32,000 bases of DNA from Pyrobaculum calidifontis JCM 11548 (lineage in GTDB: Archaea > Thermoproteota > Thermoprotei > Thermoproteales > Thermoproteaceae), in the NCBI RefSeq assembly GCF_000015805.1, contig NC_009073.1:1890001-1922000 (forward strand). Direction: 5' to 3'. Both the position numbers and the translations under genes were made by a program. The notes below the pieces were generated by a model, which did no database searches, was not told the DNA's origin, and saw only the letters and a list, made by a program, of their open reading frames with translations. Of the stretch, positions 14,971 to 22,841 are shown one piece after another. Positions within the stretch are counted from its first letter, which is position 1, and every line of letters begins with the position of its first letter.

Positions 14971-14982
14971 CATATAAATTTG
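14971..14982 (-). promoter_or_regulatory. TATA box of the oxidoreductase-nuoIHA unit
   Basis: Minus strand CAAATTTATATG; the TTTATATG core lies 19 nt upstream of ATG 14951. Confidence 0.6.
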
Positions 14983-14991
14983 CCTATGTGC

Positions 14992-15030
14992 AAAAGGGAA
15001 TTGAGTTAAGATTTCTTCTACAAATCTCAA
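14992..15030 (-). terminator. Hairpin plus T-tract after nuoN
   Basis: Minus strand: UUGAGAUUU-GUAGAAG-AAAUCUUAA (9 bp) directly after the nuoN TAA, followed by CTCAATTCCCTTTTG. The single G-U pair exists only in the minus-strand RNA (A-C on the plus strand). Confidence 0.5.
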
Positions 15031-15032
15031 AT

Positions 15033-16154
15033 TTAAGATAATGATAGAGTATGTGAAAGCCAGAGGGGCGCAACGGCGCCGGCGGCGGTTAACACCACGG
15101 CAATGGCCGCCGCGACGGGGCCCACGCCGCTTGGGAGATCTCTAGCCACTCTAAAGTAGTAGGGCACTGAGAGGGCTATGTTGGCCAACAGGTATACGCC
15201 GACGTGAGGGCCCAGGGTGTATGCGGCGAGTATGAGGAGGTAGAGCTTTGGCCAAAAGCCGAGGGCCGGCGGCACCCCTATCTGGTTCATGGCCAAGAGG
15301 TAGGCGGCCCATCTGCCCGACCCGGCCTCCAAGTGGTTGAACAAGGCCATTTTGCCCAAGGCGTCGGCCATTATCAACAGGAGGGCCACCTGGGGGGACA
15401 GGGGGTACGCGAATATGGCGAAGCCTGCGTGGGCCACTGTGGAGTAGGCGAGCACCCTCCTCAAGTCTCCGCTGGTCAAGGCGCCGAGGTTTCCCACGAA
15501 CATAGAAAGAGCGCCGAGCCCATACGCGGCCAAGGCCCCCACCTCCGGCCTCACGTAGAGCAACGCGAAGCCGGCCGCCAGTTTGGGCAAACTGGCCAAG
15601 GCGGCTAGCCCCGCCGGCCTAGAGCGGCCGTACACGTCGGGAACCCAGAGGTGGAGAGGCGCGGCCCCCAGCTCGGCGGCCACGGCCATGAATATGAAGA
15701 AGTTGCCGAACGCGGGGTAGTCGGGCCTAGTGGCCAGCCCCACCGCCATAAAGCTGACGGCTATGGAGGAGATTACGAGGTATCTAAACAGCCCCTCTAG
15801 GGACCCCCTGTCGCCCATCGTGGGCAATAAGACCGCTGGGGCCAGCGTGGCCATGGCAAAGCCTAGGAGCTGCAGATGTGCAACCCCCGTGGCTATGAGC
15901 AAAACGCCGGTGTACGACACCGCGGCGGCCATGCCGGCCTCTTTTGCCAACTTGCCCCGAGCCACCATGGCCACGCCGAGGAGATACGGCAGTGTGTAAA
16001 CACCAGCCAAAATAGGCGGCCACCCCTCTGCGGCCTTATAAACAGCTAAGGCGGAGATATATACCACGTCGAGCGGCCATGCGCCACGTAGAAATAGCCT
16101 AAGGACCACATACGCAGTGAAGGCAAGTGGCAAGAGTAGCTTGTCTACCTCCAT
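15033..16154 (-). CDS. nuoN: Complex-I antiporter-like subunit, NuoN/ND2-like (short form)
   Basis: 373 aa polytopic protein. ELGAAPLHLWVPDVYGRS matches the NuoN P-x-H-x-W-x-P-D-x-Y motif. Confidence 0.7.
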   Translation of the reverse strand: MEVDKLLLPLAFTAYVVLRLFLRGAWPLDVVYISALAVYKAAEGWPPILAGVYTLPYLLGVAMVARGKLAKEAGMAAAVSYTGVLLIATGVAHLQLLGFAMATLAPAVLLPTMGDRGSLEGLFRYLVISSIAVSFMAVGLATRPDYPAFGNFFIFMAVAAELGAAPLHLWVPDVYGRSRPAGLAALASLPKLAAGFALLYVRPEVGALAAYGLGALSMFVGNLGALTSGDLRRVLAYSTVAHAGFAIFAYPLSPQVALLLIMADALGKMALFNHLEAGSGRWAAYLLAMNQIGVPPALGFWPKLYLLILAAYTLGPHVGVYLLANIALSVPYYFRVARDLPSGVGPVAAAIAVVLTAAGAVAPLWLSHTLSLS

Positions 16155-17785
16155 AACACTACCAAGGCCAACACAAGCGCCACGCCTATGCCCGTACCCG
16201 CTACGTAGAGCCAGTAGTCGAAGTTCCTCTTGGAGATCTGCCGCGACGCCGCGGCAAGCGCCGTGGGCAACGCGCCGTGTAGAGCTAGGTCAACAACGCG
16301 GTCTGCCGTGGCGGTTAGCTTGACCAAGGCGTTCCACGCGTCGATGGACTTAAAGATTAGGAGGTCGACTGCTCTGTCCCCTATCGCCACCGCCCTCTTT
16401 ACAGCGTCAAACGCCCTCGGGGCCGCTAGGTCGTATAGCAGGGGCAGGCCGAGCCTGGCGTATAACACGCGCGGAGGCGGGACATATGCCAGCGCCAGGC
16501 CCATCAGCGCCAGGGCCCAGAGGGGGTTCGGCAACGCTGGCACTAAAAACGCCGAGGAGGCCACGCCTAGGTAGGGCAACGCCATTGGGCCAAGGCCCGT
16601 GCCCTCTGTGCCAGTTCTAAGGAGGAGCTTCCCCACGTAGCCCGCCGTGAGCGCCGAGAAGGCGAGTACCCAGACGTCGGCGTGTTCTTTGGCCAAGGCG
16701 CCGAGGGGGGTCAGCCCCGCCAGCGTCAGAAGCGCCAGCGCCATGGCGGCCTTGGCGGCTAGGGGATACGCCCCGGGCGTTCTGCTGTGAGTCTCATGGA
16801 TCGCGTGGCCCACCGCCATGAACAATGTGGCCTTGGCCACGCCGTGGGCGTATATGAGCCACAGCGCTTCATGGGGGTTCTTGAGAGAAAACGCCGTTAT
16901 TAAGCCCAGATAGGAGGCGGTGGAGGCGGCGAGCAGGACCTTGGGCTCCCTCTGGGCCAGGGCCACCAGCCCGCCGTAGAGGGCTGTGGTTATGCCGACG
17001 GCGAAGGCCACGTCGGCGGCCCACGTGGGCATCAACGAGCCGAACTTGAGCAGGAGGATGGGCCCAGCCTTGACCATGGTGGAGGAGTGGAGTAACGCGC
17101 TCACCGGCGTCGGCGCCGACATTGCCGTCATAAGCCAGTCTGTGAAGGGGAGCTGGGCGGCTTTGGCAAACGCGGCCACGAGCAAAAGGGCGGCCGCCAA
17201 GTCGCCTAGGGCGACCCACTGCGAGATGTAGCCGCCATACTGCGCCGCGGCCATGCCCAGAGAGGCGAGGAGGGAGGCGGAGCCCACCTCCACGGTCAAA
17301 ATGGCCCTAAGGGCAGAGGCGCTCGGAGTCCACAGCCATGTGAGACCCCAGAACCTCTCCCCAAGCCCCACCCTTCCCGCGTCCTCTTCGTCTCTGTACG
17401 TGAGGATTAGGCCCCAGCTGGCTATGTCGAGGCCTCCCCACCCTACCGCGAGGAGGATCCAGTGGTCTGCCGAGACGAAGACGAGCATAGAGCCGTAGAA
17501 CAAGTTCATCCAGGCCCAGAACCACCCAAGCCGCTGGTTGCCCCTCATATAGAAGATTGAGTAGAGGGATATGGCCGCGTATATGCCCGAGACAAAGACC
17601 AACAGGCCCAGTATGTGTCCATCGAGTCTAAATAGGTGAGTGGTAGGGCTTGAGCCCAGAAGCAGAGCCGCCGCCACAGCCGCCGAGGTGGCCACTGCGA
17701 ATATGCCGCGTCTCGTCAACAGGTCCAGCGCCGCGGCTATGAAAGGTAGCGCCAGGAGTAGCTCTAAAGCGACCATAACAGCCAC
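16145..17785 (-). CDS. nuoL: Complex-I antiporter-like subunit NuoL/ND5-like
   Basis: 546 aa. AAQLPFTDWLMTAMSAPTPVSALLHSSTMVKAG matches the NuoL core. The C-terminal long amphipathic segment plus final TM helix is consistent with the lateral helix. The start may be ATG 17776. Confidence 0.75.
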   Translation of the reverse strand: MAVMVALELLLALPFIAAALDLLTRRGIFAVATSAAVAAALLLGSSPTTHLFRLDGHILGLLVFVSGIYAAISLYSIFYMRGNQRLGWFWAWMNLFYGSMLVFVSADHWILLAVGWGGLDIASWGLILTYRDEEDAGRVGLGERFWGLTWLWTPSASALRAILTVEVGSASLLASLGMAAAQYGGYISQWVALGDLAAALLLVAAFAKAAQLPFTDWLMTAMSAPTPVSALLHSSTMVKAGPILLLKFGSLMPTWAADVAFAVGITTALYGGLVALAQREPKVLLAASTASYLGLITAFSLKNPHEALWLIYAHGVAKATLFMAVGHAIHETHSRTPGAYPLAAKAAMALALLTLAGLTPLGALAKEHADVWVLAFSALTAGYVGKLLLRTGTEGTGLGPMALPYLGVASSAFLVPALPNPLWALALMGLALAYVPPPRVLYARLGLPLLYDLAAPRAFDAVKRAVAIGDRAVDLLIFKSIDAWNALVKLTATADRVVDLALHGALPTALAAASRQISKRNFDYWLYVAGTGIGVALVLALVVLWR

Positions 17786-19074
17786 GGCACTGCTGCGAGG
17801 AGGGCGTAGGGCGCCAGCGCCGTCGCGAGAGTAGGGATGTACATATCTCTAGGCGCGTCCAGTGGGCCGCTCCCCGCCTTGTATACCCTGTTCAGTATAT
17901 AGAAGTTGTAGAGGGCTGTGGAGAACAGAGCGAGTATCAATAGCGCGGCGGCTGAGAGGCTGTGGGGAAGCCCCATGGCCAACAGCGCCTTCCCCACTAA
18001 GACTATTCCAAAGACCCCTGAGAGGGCCACGAAGGTCAAGACCGCCAGGGCGAGGGCCGAGGTGTCCCACACGAGCTTGTCCAACTCGCGGGTGTGCAAC
18101 TTAACAATGTAAATGCCTGAGAGCATAAATCCAGCGGCTTTGGCGAAGGCGTGCCCCACGAACAAGACGGCGGTGGCCAAGTAGTCTAAGGGGGGCAGGT
18201 GTGGTGCAACCTGGTACTTGGGCATGGCGGCCGCCGCCACGAGCAGGCCCATGTTGGCGATGGTGGAGTCAGCGAGAGCCCTCTTGATGTCCATCTCTCT
18301 GAAGACGAGGAGTGAGCCATAGACGGCGGTGGCTAGGCCGTAGAGGTAGAGGGCGTCGAGGGGCCAGTGGGCGCCCTCCTTCAGCCTCCAGATCCAGTAA
18401 GCCATTAGCCCCACGTGGACTGGGCTTAGGAGGGCGGAAAGCGGTGTGGGGGCCTCGGCGTGGGCGTAGGGGAGCCAGAAGTGGACTCCCAAAGTCCCCA
18501 TCTTCACCAACAGGCCCACAAGCACGAGGAGGGAGGCAACCCCCGCGGCTTGAAACACATCTGCGTCAAATTTCCCAGCCAGCGCCACTCCCACTAGGAA
18601 GAGGATGGACCCGACTTGGGCCCAGAGGAAGTAGAGGATGCCCACCACCCTCCTGTTGCCGTAGCCGAAGTACCATATGAGGAGGAAGCTCGTTATTATG
18701 CTGAGCTCTAGGGCGAGGAAGACGAAGATGAGGTTTTCAAAGGCCACGATCCAGACAAAGGACAGCACGTAGAAGGCGTGGACCATGTAGTACCACCTCT
18801 CGGCGCCTAGGTGCTCTAAATAGCGCTGGGCGTAGAGGGCCGTGATCAGGCCGAGCACTATGGAAACTGTTGCGAATGGCCACTTGTCGGCAGTCAGCGA
18901 AAACGCGACCTCGCCCACATATGGCAAAGTGGCCAACACGGTTCGCTCCACGACGCCGAAGTACAACGCCATTGTGGCCACGGAGGCAACAGCAGCCCAT
19001 CTGCCGAAGCGGACAGCCGCTAGTGCAAGTATAGAAGATAGGAGCGTTGCCAGCAGGAAATATAGGCTATACAT
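17764..19074 (-). CDS. nuoM: Complex-I antiporter-like subunit NuoM/ND4-like
   Basis: 436 aa. VHFWLPYAHAEAPTPLSALLSPV matches the NuoM W-L-P-x-A-H-x-E-A-P motif. Confidence 0.7.
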   Translation of the reverse strand: MYSLYFLLATLLSSILALAAVRFGRWAAVASVATMALYFGVVERTVLATLPYVGEVAFSLTADKWPFATVSIVLGLITALYAQRYLEHLGAERWYYMVHAFYVLSFVWIVAFENLIFVFLALELSIITSFLLIWYFGYGNRRVVGILYFLWAQVGSILFLVGVALAGKFDADVFQAAGVASLLVLVGLLVKMGTLGVHFWLPYAHAEAPTPLSALLSPVHVGLMAYWIWRLKEGAHWPLDALYLYGLATAVYGSLLVFREMDIKRALADSTIANMGLLVAAAAMPKYQVAPHLPPLDYLATAVLFVGHAFAKAAGFMLSGIYIVKLHTRELDKLVWDTSALALAVLTFVALSGVFGIVLVGKALLAMGLPHSLSAAALLILALFSTALYNFYILNRVYKAGSGPLDAPRDMYIPTLATALAPYALLAAVPWLLWSL

Positions 19075-19303
19075 GGCCCTCCTTCGCCAATTTGAACAGT
19101 GTAGCGACGAATATCAGCGTCTCGGCGACGCCCACCGCGGCCGCAACGGCGAGCAGGTTTATGTCTCTAGCAACCGCCGCCGCATACAGCGCCGCTAGCG
19201 TCAAAATCTCGGCACCAATTACGACTCTCACAAGAGAGACCGCTGTGGCAATGGCAACAAGGCCCGCCACCAACAAGACGATCAGCGTGACCAACTCGGT
19301 CAT
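19067..19303 (-). CDS. nuoK: Complex-I subunit K (NuoK/ND4L-like), short
   Basis: 78 aa and hydrophobic. GAEILTLAAL... and ...AVGVAETLIFVATLF resemble the two conserved Glu-containing helices of NuoK. It overlaps nuoJ by 4 nt and nuoM by 8 nt. Confidence 0.6.
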   Translation of the reverse strand: MTELVTLIVLLVAGLVAIATAVSLVRVVIGAEILTLAALYAAAVARDINLLAVAAAVGVAETLIFVATLFKLAKEGHV

Positions 19304-19704
19304 GTACTCAACTCTACAGCAATCTTCAGCACATAGACGATGAAGGCGGCCGCCAGAGGTATCAACATGTAGTCCAACGCCTGTTGCACCGCTTGCTGGG
19401 GGCCAGGCCTTAGGAGGAGGGGGGCTGCGAGGGCCACGGCAACTGCGGCGAGGGCAGACTTCCTAAATTCTACGGGCTTTGCCACGTCGCCCATCGAGGC
19501 CGCGGCGATGAGCACGAGGGTCAGCGCGGCCACTATATACACAAGCGTGATGAGTATAAACGCAGCAGCGCCCAAGTGGGGCGTGGAGCCCAGGGCCACG
19601 GCTACCCCTAGGCCTGTCAATAGGAGAGAGGCATATATGTTGTCCCTTGTGTACAGTATTAAGAAGGCGAGGGCCGCCACGCCGACTAAAGTCAAGAGGT
19701 CCAT
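19300..19704 (-). CDS. nuoJ: Complex-I subunit J (NuoJ/ND6-like)
   Basis: From ATG 19704: MDLLTLVGVAALAFLILYTRDNIYASLLL...LVYIVAALTLVLIAAASMG, a NuoJ-like pattern. The start was moved from 19737 on TATA spacing. Confidence 0.6.
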   Translation of the reverse strand: MDLLTLVGVAALAFLILYTRDNIYASLLLTGLGVAVALGSTPHLGAAAFILITLVYIVAALTLVLIAAASMGDVAKPVEFRKSALAAVAVALAAPLLLRPGPQQAVQQALDYMLIPLAAAFIVYVLKIAVELST

Positions 19705-19722
19705 AGGAATGCCCGCCGACCT

Positions 19723-19734
19723 CTTTTTAAATTT
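19723..19734 (-). promoter_or_regulatory. TATA box of the nuoJKMLN unit
   Basis: Minus strand AAATTTAAAAAG lies 18-19 nt upstream of ATG 19704. Confidence 0.55.
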
Positions 19735-19852
19735 CACTAAAGTAACTTGAACATACAGCCATTGAAGCCTTGAGAAATTTAGAATTAAGTATAATTAAGA
19801 AAACTGCGCCGCACATGCATTTCGAAATATTTAAACTTAGTGTTAGGAAATA

Positions 19853-19860
19853 CTTAAATA
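19853..19860 (+). promoter_or_regulatory. TATA box of the aldehyde:ferredoxin oxidoreductase gene
   Basis: CTTAAATA lies 20 nt upstream of ATG 19881. Confidence 0.5.
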
Positions 19861-19880
19861 GGAAGTTCATGCTTAATCCT

Positions 19881-21728
19881 ATGGTAGTATTCAGAGTACT
19901 AAGAGTTGATTTGTCAACAGAGAAAATAAGCGAAGAAGTATATAAGGAGGACGTCGTGAAGAAATTCCTGGGGGGAAGGGGGCTGGGGGCGTACTTGGCG
20001 TTGAAGGAGTTGCCAAGGGGCATAGACCCGCTCTCGCCCTCGAATAAGTTGTACATATTCGCGGGGCCCTTGTCGGGCACCGCCAACTTGGCCACCAGCA
20101 GGATAAACGTGGTCGGCAAGAGCCCCCTGACGGGTTCCTACACTCACTCAAACGCGGGGGGCAACTTCGCCTACTGGCTTAGGAGGAGCGGCTACGACGG
20201 GATAATTGTGGAAGGCGCCGCGGAGGACCCCGTGTACATCCTTGTGAAAGACGGCGAGGTGTCCATTAGGCCTGCCAAACACATATGGGGCAAGTGGACG
20301 GGCTCAGCCACCAAGGCCCTGCTAGAGGACGCCGGGCTTGAGCCCGACGAGAAGAAAGCCGGCGTAATGACCATCGGACCTGCTGGGGAGAACCTCGTGA
20401 GAATTGCGGGCCTCAGGTTCAGCGACTACGAGCGCTTCGCCGGGAGAGGCGGGCTGGGCGCCGTTGCCGGCGCCAAGAAGCTCAAGGGCATAGTGGTCTG
20501 GGGGACCCACGACCCGATGAAGGACTTCGTGGACAAGCAAAAGTTCCTCAAAATCGCCACCGAGTACTCTGTAAAGCTCATGAATAACGCCACTTCCAAG
20601 GCTTTGCACCAGTATGGGACAAACCTCTTGGCCAACATCATAAACTCCATAGGGGGTTACCCCACGAGGAACTTCGAGACGGGGTACTTCGAGACGGCGG
20701 AGAAAATAAGCGGGGAGTATATCAAGCAGAACTATGTGAAGGAGGTGCACGGCTGTATGCTTTGTCCAATCCAGTGTACTCAGATGGCCGTTGTGACCTC
20801 AGGGCCCTACAAGGTGCCTGGTGAGAAGATAAAGTACGAGTACGAGTCCACGTGGGCTCTAGGCGGCAACCTGGGCCTTTCGCAGACCGAGGCTGTGCTT
20901 AAGATGGAGAAGTTGGCCAACGAGCTGGGTATGGACACGATATCGCTGGGCAACACGCTGGGCACCTTCCTCGAGCTTGTGAAGAGGGGCAAGATAAAGT
21001 ATGACATCGACTGGGGCGACGCCGGCGCCTTGATAGACTTGGTGTACAAGACCGCTTATAGAGACGGCATTGGAAACGACTTAGCCGAGGGCGACTGGAG
21101 GCTGGCGAATAAGTACGGCGCGCCCGACGCCTTTGTGGGCTCCAGGGGGCAGGGCTTCCCGGCCTACGACCCCAGAGCGCTTAAGGGCTTCGCCATTTCG
21201 TACGTGACGGCCAACCGCGGCGGCGACCACCTAGAGGCGTACTCGCCTACGTGGGAGGTGTTGGGCGTTCCCGAGAAGGTGGACCCGCTCTGCGAGACTC
21301 CCGAGTGTATTTCTAAGCAGGTAAGGCTGGTAATCTACGCGCAACACTTAATGGCTCTCTCAGACTCAGTCACATATTGCAAGTTCGACACGCTTGACAA
21401 AGACGGCATATTTGAGCAACACCTGGCAGACTTGTTCAACGCCGCCTATGGGTGGAATGTCACGGGGGAGGACATGTTGACCATCGGGGAGAGGATATTC
21501 AACGTGGAGAGGCTATTCCACGTGAAGGAGGGCAAGTGGGTCAAGGACGAGCTTCCGCCCAAGATGAGGGAGCCTATAAAGACTGGGCCAGCCGCCGGCC
21601 ACACGGCGTCAAAGATGTTTGACGAGGGCATTAAGGAGTTTTACAAGTTGCGCGGCTGGGTCGACGGCAAGCCCACATACGAGACTTTGAAGAGGCTAGG
21701 GCTGGAGGAGTTCCAGTACCTCTTATAA
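19881..21728 (+). CDS. aor: Aldehyde:ferredoxin oxidoreductase family (tungstopterin enzyme)
   Basis: From ATG 19881: MVVFRVLRVDLSTEKISEEVYKEDVVKKFLGGRGLGAYLA is the typical AOR N-terminus. Also seen are the GCMLCPIQC [4Fe-4S] region and ...TANRGGDHLEAY. About 615 aa, the normal AOR length. Confidence 0.85.
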   Translation: MVVFRVLRVDLSTEKISEEVYKEDVVKKFLGGRGLGAYLALKELPRGIDPLSPSNKLYIFAGPLSGTANLATSRINVVGKSPLTGSYTHSNAGGNFAYWLRRSGYDGIIVEGAAEDPVYILVKDGEVSIRPAKHIWGKWTGSATKALLEDAGLEPDEKKAGVMTIGPAGENLVRIAGLRFSDYERFAGRGGLGAVAGAKKLKGIVVWGTHDPMKDFVDKQKFLKIATEYSVKLMNNATSKALHQYGTNLLANIINSIGGYPTRNFETGYFETAEKISGEYIKQNYVKEVHGCMLCPIQCTQMAVVTSGPYKVPGEKIKYEYESTWALGGNLGLSQTEAVLKMEKLANELGMDTISLGNTLGTFLELVKRGKIKYDIDWGDAGALIDLVYKTAYRDGIGNDLAEGDWRLANKYGAPDAFVGSRGQGFPAYDPRALKGFAISYVTANRGGDHLEAYSPTWEVLGVPEKVDPLCETPECISKQVRLVIYAQHLMALSDSVTYCKFDTLDKDGIFEQHLADLFNAAYGWNVTGEDMLTIGERIFNVERLFHVKEGKWVKDELPPKMREPIKTGPAAGHTASKMFDEGIKEFYKLRGWVDGKPTYETLKRLGLEEFQYLL

Positions 21729-21732
21729 ACCA

Positions 21733-21741
21733 ATTTTTAAG
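21733..21741 (+). promoter_or_regulatory. TATA box of the nadK-PIN unit
   Basis: ATTTTTAAG lies 21 nt upstream of GTG 21763. Confidence 0.5.
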
Positions 21742-21762
21742 CCGGCCTTTTTTCAAACCTCC

Positions 21763-22494
21763 GTGTCCACATTTGCAGTCTTCTACAGGCCTGACCTGGG
21801 CGAGTTGGCTGAGGCTGTGAAGAGGGAGTTTAACGCCGTGGATCTGAGTTGCGGCGTGGGTTTTTCCCACGTGTTAATCCTCGGGGGGGATGGGACCTTG
21901 CTTGAGGCCATTAGGCGTTTTCCGTGTATTTTTGACTCTGTGGTGGTGCACCTAGGTCTTGGGAGGGTGAATTTTTACAGAAGCGCTGAGGTGCCTATGC
22001 CGCCTAGGGAGGCCATCACGCGCATAATAAGCAACGATTACAAGGTTGTGGACTTGGCCACGCTGGAGGCGGGCGGCTGCACGGCGCTTAACGAGGTTTC
22101 CTTTTTTAGGAGGGAACACGGACGTCTGTTGAGTTTTAAGATTTTGACTGAGGAGGGCGAGATAGCCGGGAGGGCGGATGGGGTTATTGTCTCAACGCCT
22201 CATGGGACAAGCGGCTATGTGGTGTCCACCTATGGCCCCATTGTGGACTACAGAGCCGACGTCGTAGTGGTCTCCTTTGTGGCCCCCTTCACTCTCTTCC
22301 TAAGGCCTCTGGTGCTTAGCTCTAGGCGCGTGGAAGTGGAGGTGGGGGAGGAGGCGGTTATGACTTGCGACGGCAGAGAGGGCGGCGTTGGGAGGCGGTT
22401 TGTCGTAGAACGAGGCAAGAGGCGGCTGAGGCTGGCCGTGTTTGGGGAATTCAACTTCTTGAATAGAGTGATGGAGCGGCTCAGGAGCCTATGA
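21763..22494 (+). CDS. nadK: NAD kinase
   Basis: 243 aa. GGDGT motif (VLILGGDGTLLEA), NE motif (ALNEVSF) and STPHGTSGY (the S-T-P-T-G-S-T-A-Y equivalent). Confidence 0.85.
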   Translation: MSTFAVFYRPDLGELAEAVKREFNAVDLSCGVGFSHVLILGGDGTLLEAIRRFPCIFDSVVVHLGLGRVNFYRSAEVPMPPREAITRIISNDYKVVDLATLEAGGCTALNEVSFFRREHGRLLSFKILTEEGEIAGRADGVIVSTPHGTSGYVVSTYGPIVDYRADVVVVSFVAPFTLFLRPLVLSSRRVEVEVGEEAVMTCDGREGGVGRRFVVERGKRRLRLAVFGEFNFLNRVMERLRSL

Positions 22495-22841
22495 CGTGTT
22501 TTGTGCTCGACGCCTCAGCGTTTATACATGGGAGAGACCTCCGCATCTTCCAAGGCGAGTTGTACACCACTAGGGAGGTGGTTGAAGAGCTGAGGGACCC
22601 GAGGGCGCAGGCGGCGGTGGAGGTGCTGGGCGTGAGAGTAGAGGAGGTTGACGAGAGAAAGGTGAGAGAGCTCGTGAAGAGGTTTACGGGGCTGTCGCCG
22701 GCCGACGCCTCGGCGCTGGCCCTCGCCTTGGAGAGGGGGTGCGTCTTAGTTACAGACGATGGGAGGTTGGCCGCGGCGGCGAGGAGGCTGGGCGTGAGAG
22801 TGGAGGGGGTGTTTTACCGAGGCAGGAGGCCAGATAGGTAG
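22491..22841 (+). CDS. PIN-domain protein (Nob1/VapC-like nuclease fold, no zinc ribbon)
   Basis: 116 aa. N-terminal FVLDASAF, central TTREVVEEL and C-terminal LVTDD give the acidic PIN residues. The ATG overlaps the nadK TGA (ATGA at 22491-22494). Confidence 0.65.
   Translation: MTCFVLDASAFIHGRDLRIFQGELYTTREVVEELRDPRAQAAVEVLGVRVEEVDERKVRELVKRFTGLSPADASALALALERGCVLVTDDGRLAAAARRLGVRVEGVFYRGRRPDR

Noticed and set aside
20672-20697. Direct repeat CTTCGAGACGG x2 inside the AOR gene
   Set aside because: It encodes a duplicated F-E-T tripeptide (NFETGYFET) within a well-conserved ORF. There is no evidence of a regulatory or mobile role.
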